NCBI RefSeq assembly: GCF_000007225.1
Contig: NC_003364.1
Span: forward strand, 1,680,001-1,712,000
Origin: Pyrobaculum aerophilum str. IM2
Lineage (GTDB): Archaea > Thermoproteota > Thermoprotei > Thermoproteales > Thermoproteaceae
Length of the DNA stretch: 32,000 nucleotides
Direction of reading: 5' to 3'
Under the pieces are notes generated by a model. The model was not told where the DNA came from and searched no databases. It saw only the letters and a program-made list of their open reading frames with translations. This document shows, in pieces, positions 31,511 through 32,000 of the stretch. Each line of letters opens with the position of its first letter. The first letter of the stretch is position 1. The translations under genes were made by a program, and so were the position numbers.

Positions 31511-32000
31511 ATACTACAAAGAATACGAGAATTGGATATGCCACTAGCCTCTCCAACCCCCCGATTCCCAGCGGCGTGTGGACTCTGGGTATAAATAACG
31601 CTAGAGCTGTGAGCGAAATTACGCCCGCGGCTAGCCCAAAGGCTTTGAAAAAACCTCCCATCCTAGCCCCCATCGCCATTACGGCTATTGCGCCCAAGAG
31701 AAAGGCAATTAACGCCGATATCCAGTGAGGGGCGCCGTAGTCCTCGGGGAAAACCCCCACGCCCATGGCGCCTATTGACGCAAGCGCCAGCAACACAGCG
31801 CTAATTCTTCCGATTTCCCTCCGCAGTAAATACGCCGATAGTAAGCCCAGCAACCCCAACAGAAAAACGCTTGTGTTGAAAAGCGTAGAAGTGGGGGCGT
31901 TTAGCGAGCCGAGGTCGCTGATATAATTTCGCAGCGGATCATAGCCGGGGTACAGCCGTTCTGCCGCCGCCATGGAGATTAAAAACTGCAAAGAGCCTAT
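31482..32000 (-). CDS. Integral membrane protein (DUF998-like), probably 5'-incomplete at the window edge
   Basis: ISDLG motif followed by five or more hydrophobic helices. The frame stays open upstream of track start 31991 to the window end. Confidence 0.55.
   Translation of the reverse strand: MGSLQFLISMAAAERLYPGYDPLRNYISDLGSLNAPTSTLFNTSVFLLGLLGLLSAYLLRREIGRISAVLLALASIGAMGVGVFPEDYGAPHWISALIAFLLGAIAVMAMGARMGGFFKAFGLAAGVISLTALALFIPRVHTPLGIGGLERLVAYPILVFFVVYGVARREAS

Noticed and set aside
1-32000. Search for tRNA, rRNA, CRISPR arrays, IS elements/transposases and integrases.
   Set aside because: I saw no T-loop (GGTTCRAATC) or cloverleaf candidates, no regularly spaced direct repeats, no terminal inverted repeats with a transposase-like ORF, and no rRNA-like segments. 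The eye scan is not exhaustive.

Overview
The window looks like a chromosomal segment of a Pyrobaculum/Thermoproteus-type crenarchaeon. GC is about 50%, and most genes start 18-25 nt after an A/T-rich TATA box, so they appear leaderless. There are also PaREP1-like paralogs.

Layout, left to right:
(1) 1-1447: the 5' part of a Tat-exported molybdopterin oxidoreductase, minus strand, running off the window edge.
(2) 1.5-7.5 kb: an accessory patch. It holds paralogous hypothetical genes, two membrane/coiled-coil paralogs, retropepsin-like genes (one intact, one decayed), a UPF0175-PIN-UPF0175 toxin-antitoxin sandwich, and a P-loop ATPase operon.
(3) 7942-11824: a complete Tat-dependent molybdopterin oxidoreductase ABC operon (catalytic, 4Fe-4S and NrfD-type membrane subunits).
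(4) 12.5-19.2 kb: a minus-strand organic-acid block made of acs(670 aa), an MFS transporter fused to CBS domains, a CBS protein and an acs paralog(651 aa), plus a further CBS gene.
(5) 19.4-25.7 kb: the threonine pathway. thrC, aspartate kinase and asd are adjacent; hom is separated from them by a ~2 kb accessory insert carrying PaREP1, a degenerate HepT/MNT pair and a decayed retropepsin-like gene.
(6) 25.8-31.2 kb: a LysW-type arginine/lysine cluster with a lysX-like gene, argC/lysY, argB/lysZ, lysW, argG, a small Zn-ribbon ORF and argH.

No rRNA, tRNA, CRISPR array or IS element was recognised.

Main finding: thrC, the lysX-like gene and argG each lack a start codon in the enzyme frame. Each is preceded by a short ATG-initiated mini-ORF, and the enzyme frame lies one nt back from that ATG frame (a -1 shift). 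The mini-ORFs contain G_GGG slip sites, and the codon after each site encodes an end product of that gene's own pathway (Ile/Thr; Pro/Lys/Arg; Arg). This could be an amino-acid-sensing -1 recoding switch, G-tract phase variation, or tract-length error.

Other findings: an exact 11-mer shared by three promoter regions, duplicated ~235-bp AT-rich control regions, a 51-nt identical patch between two antitoxin genes, and a heptameric slippery site in a coiled-coil gene.
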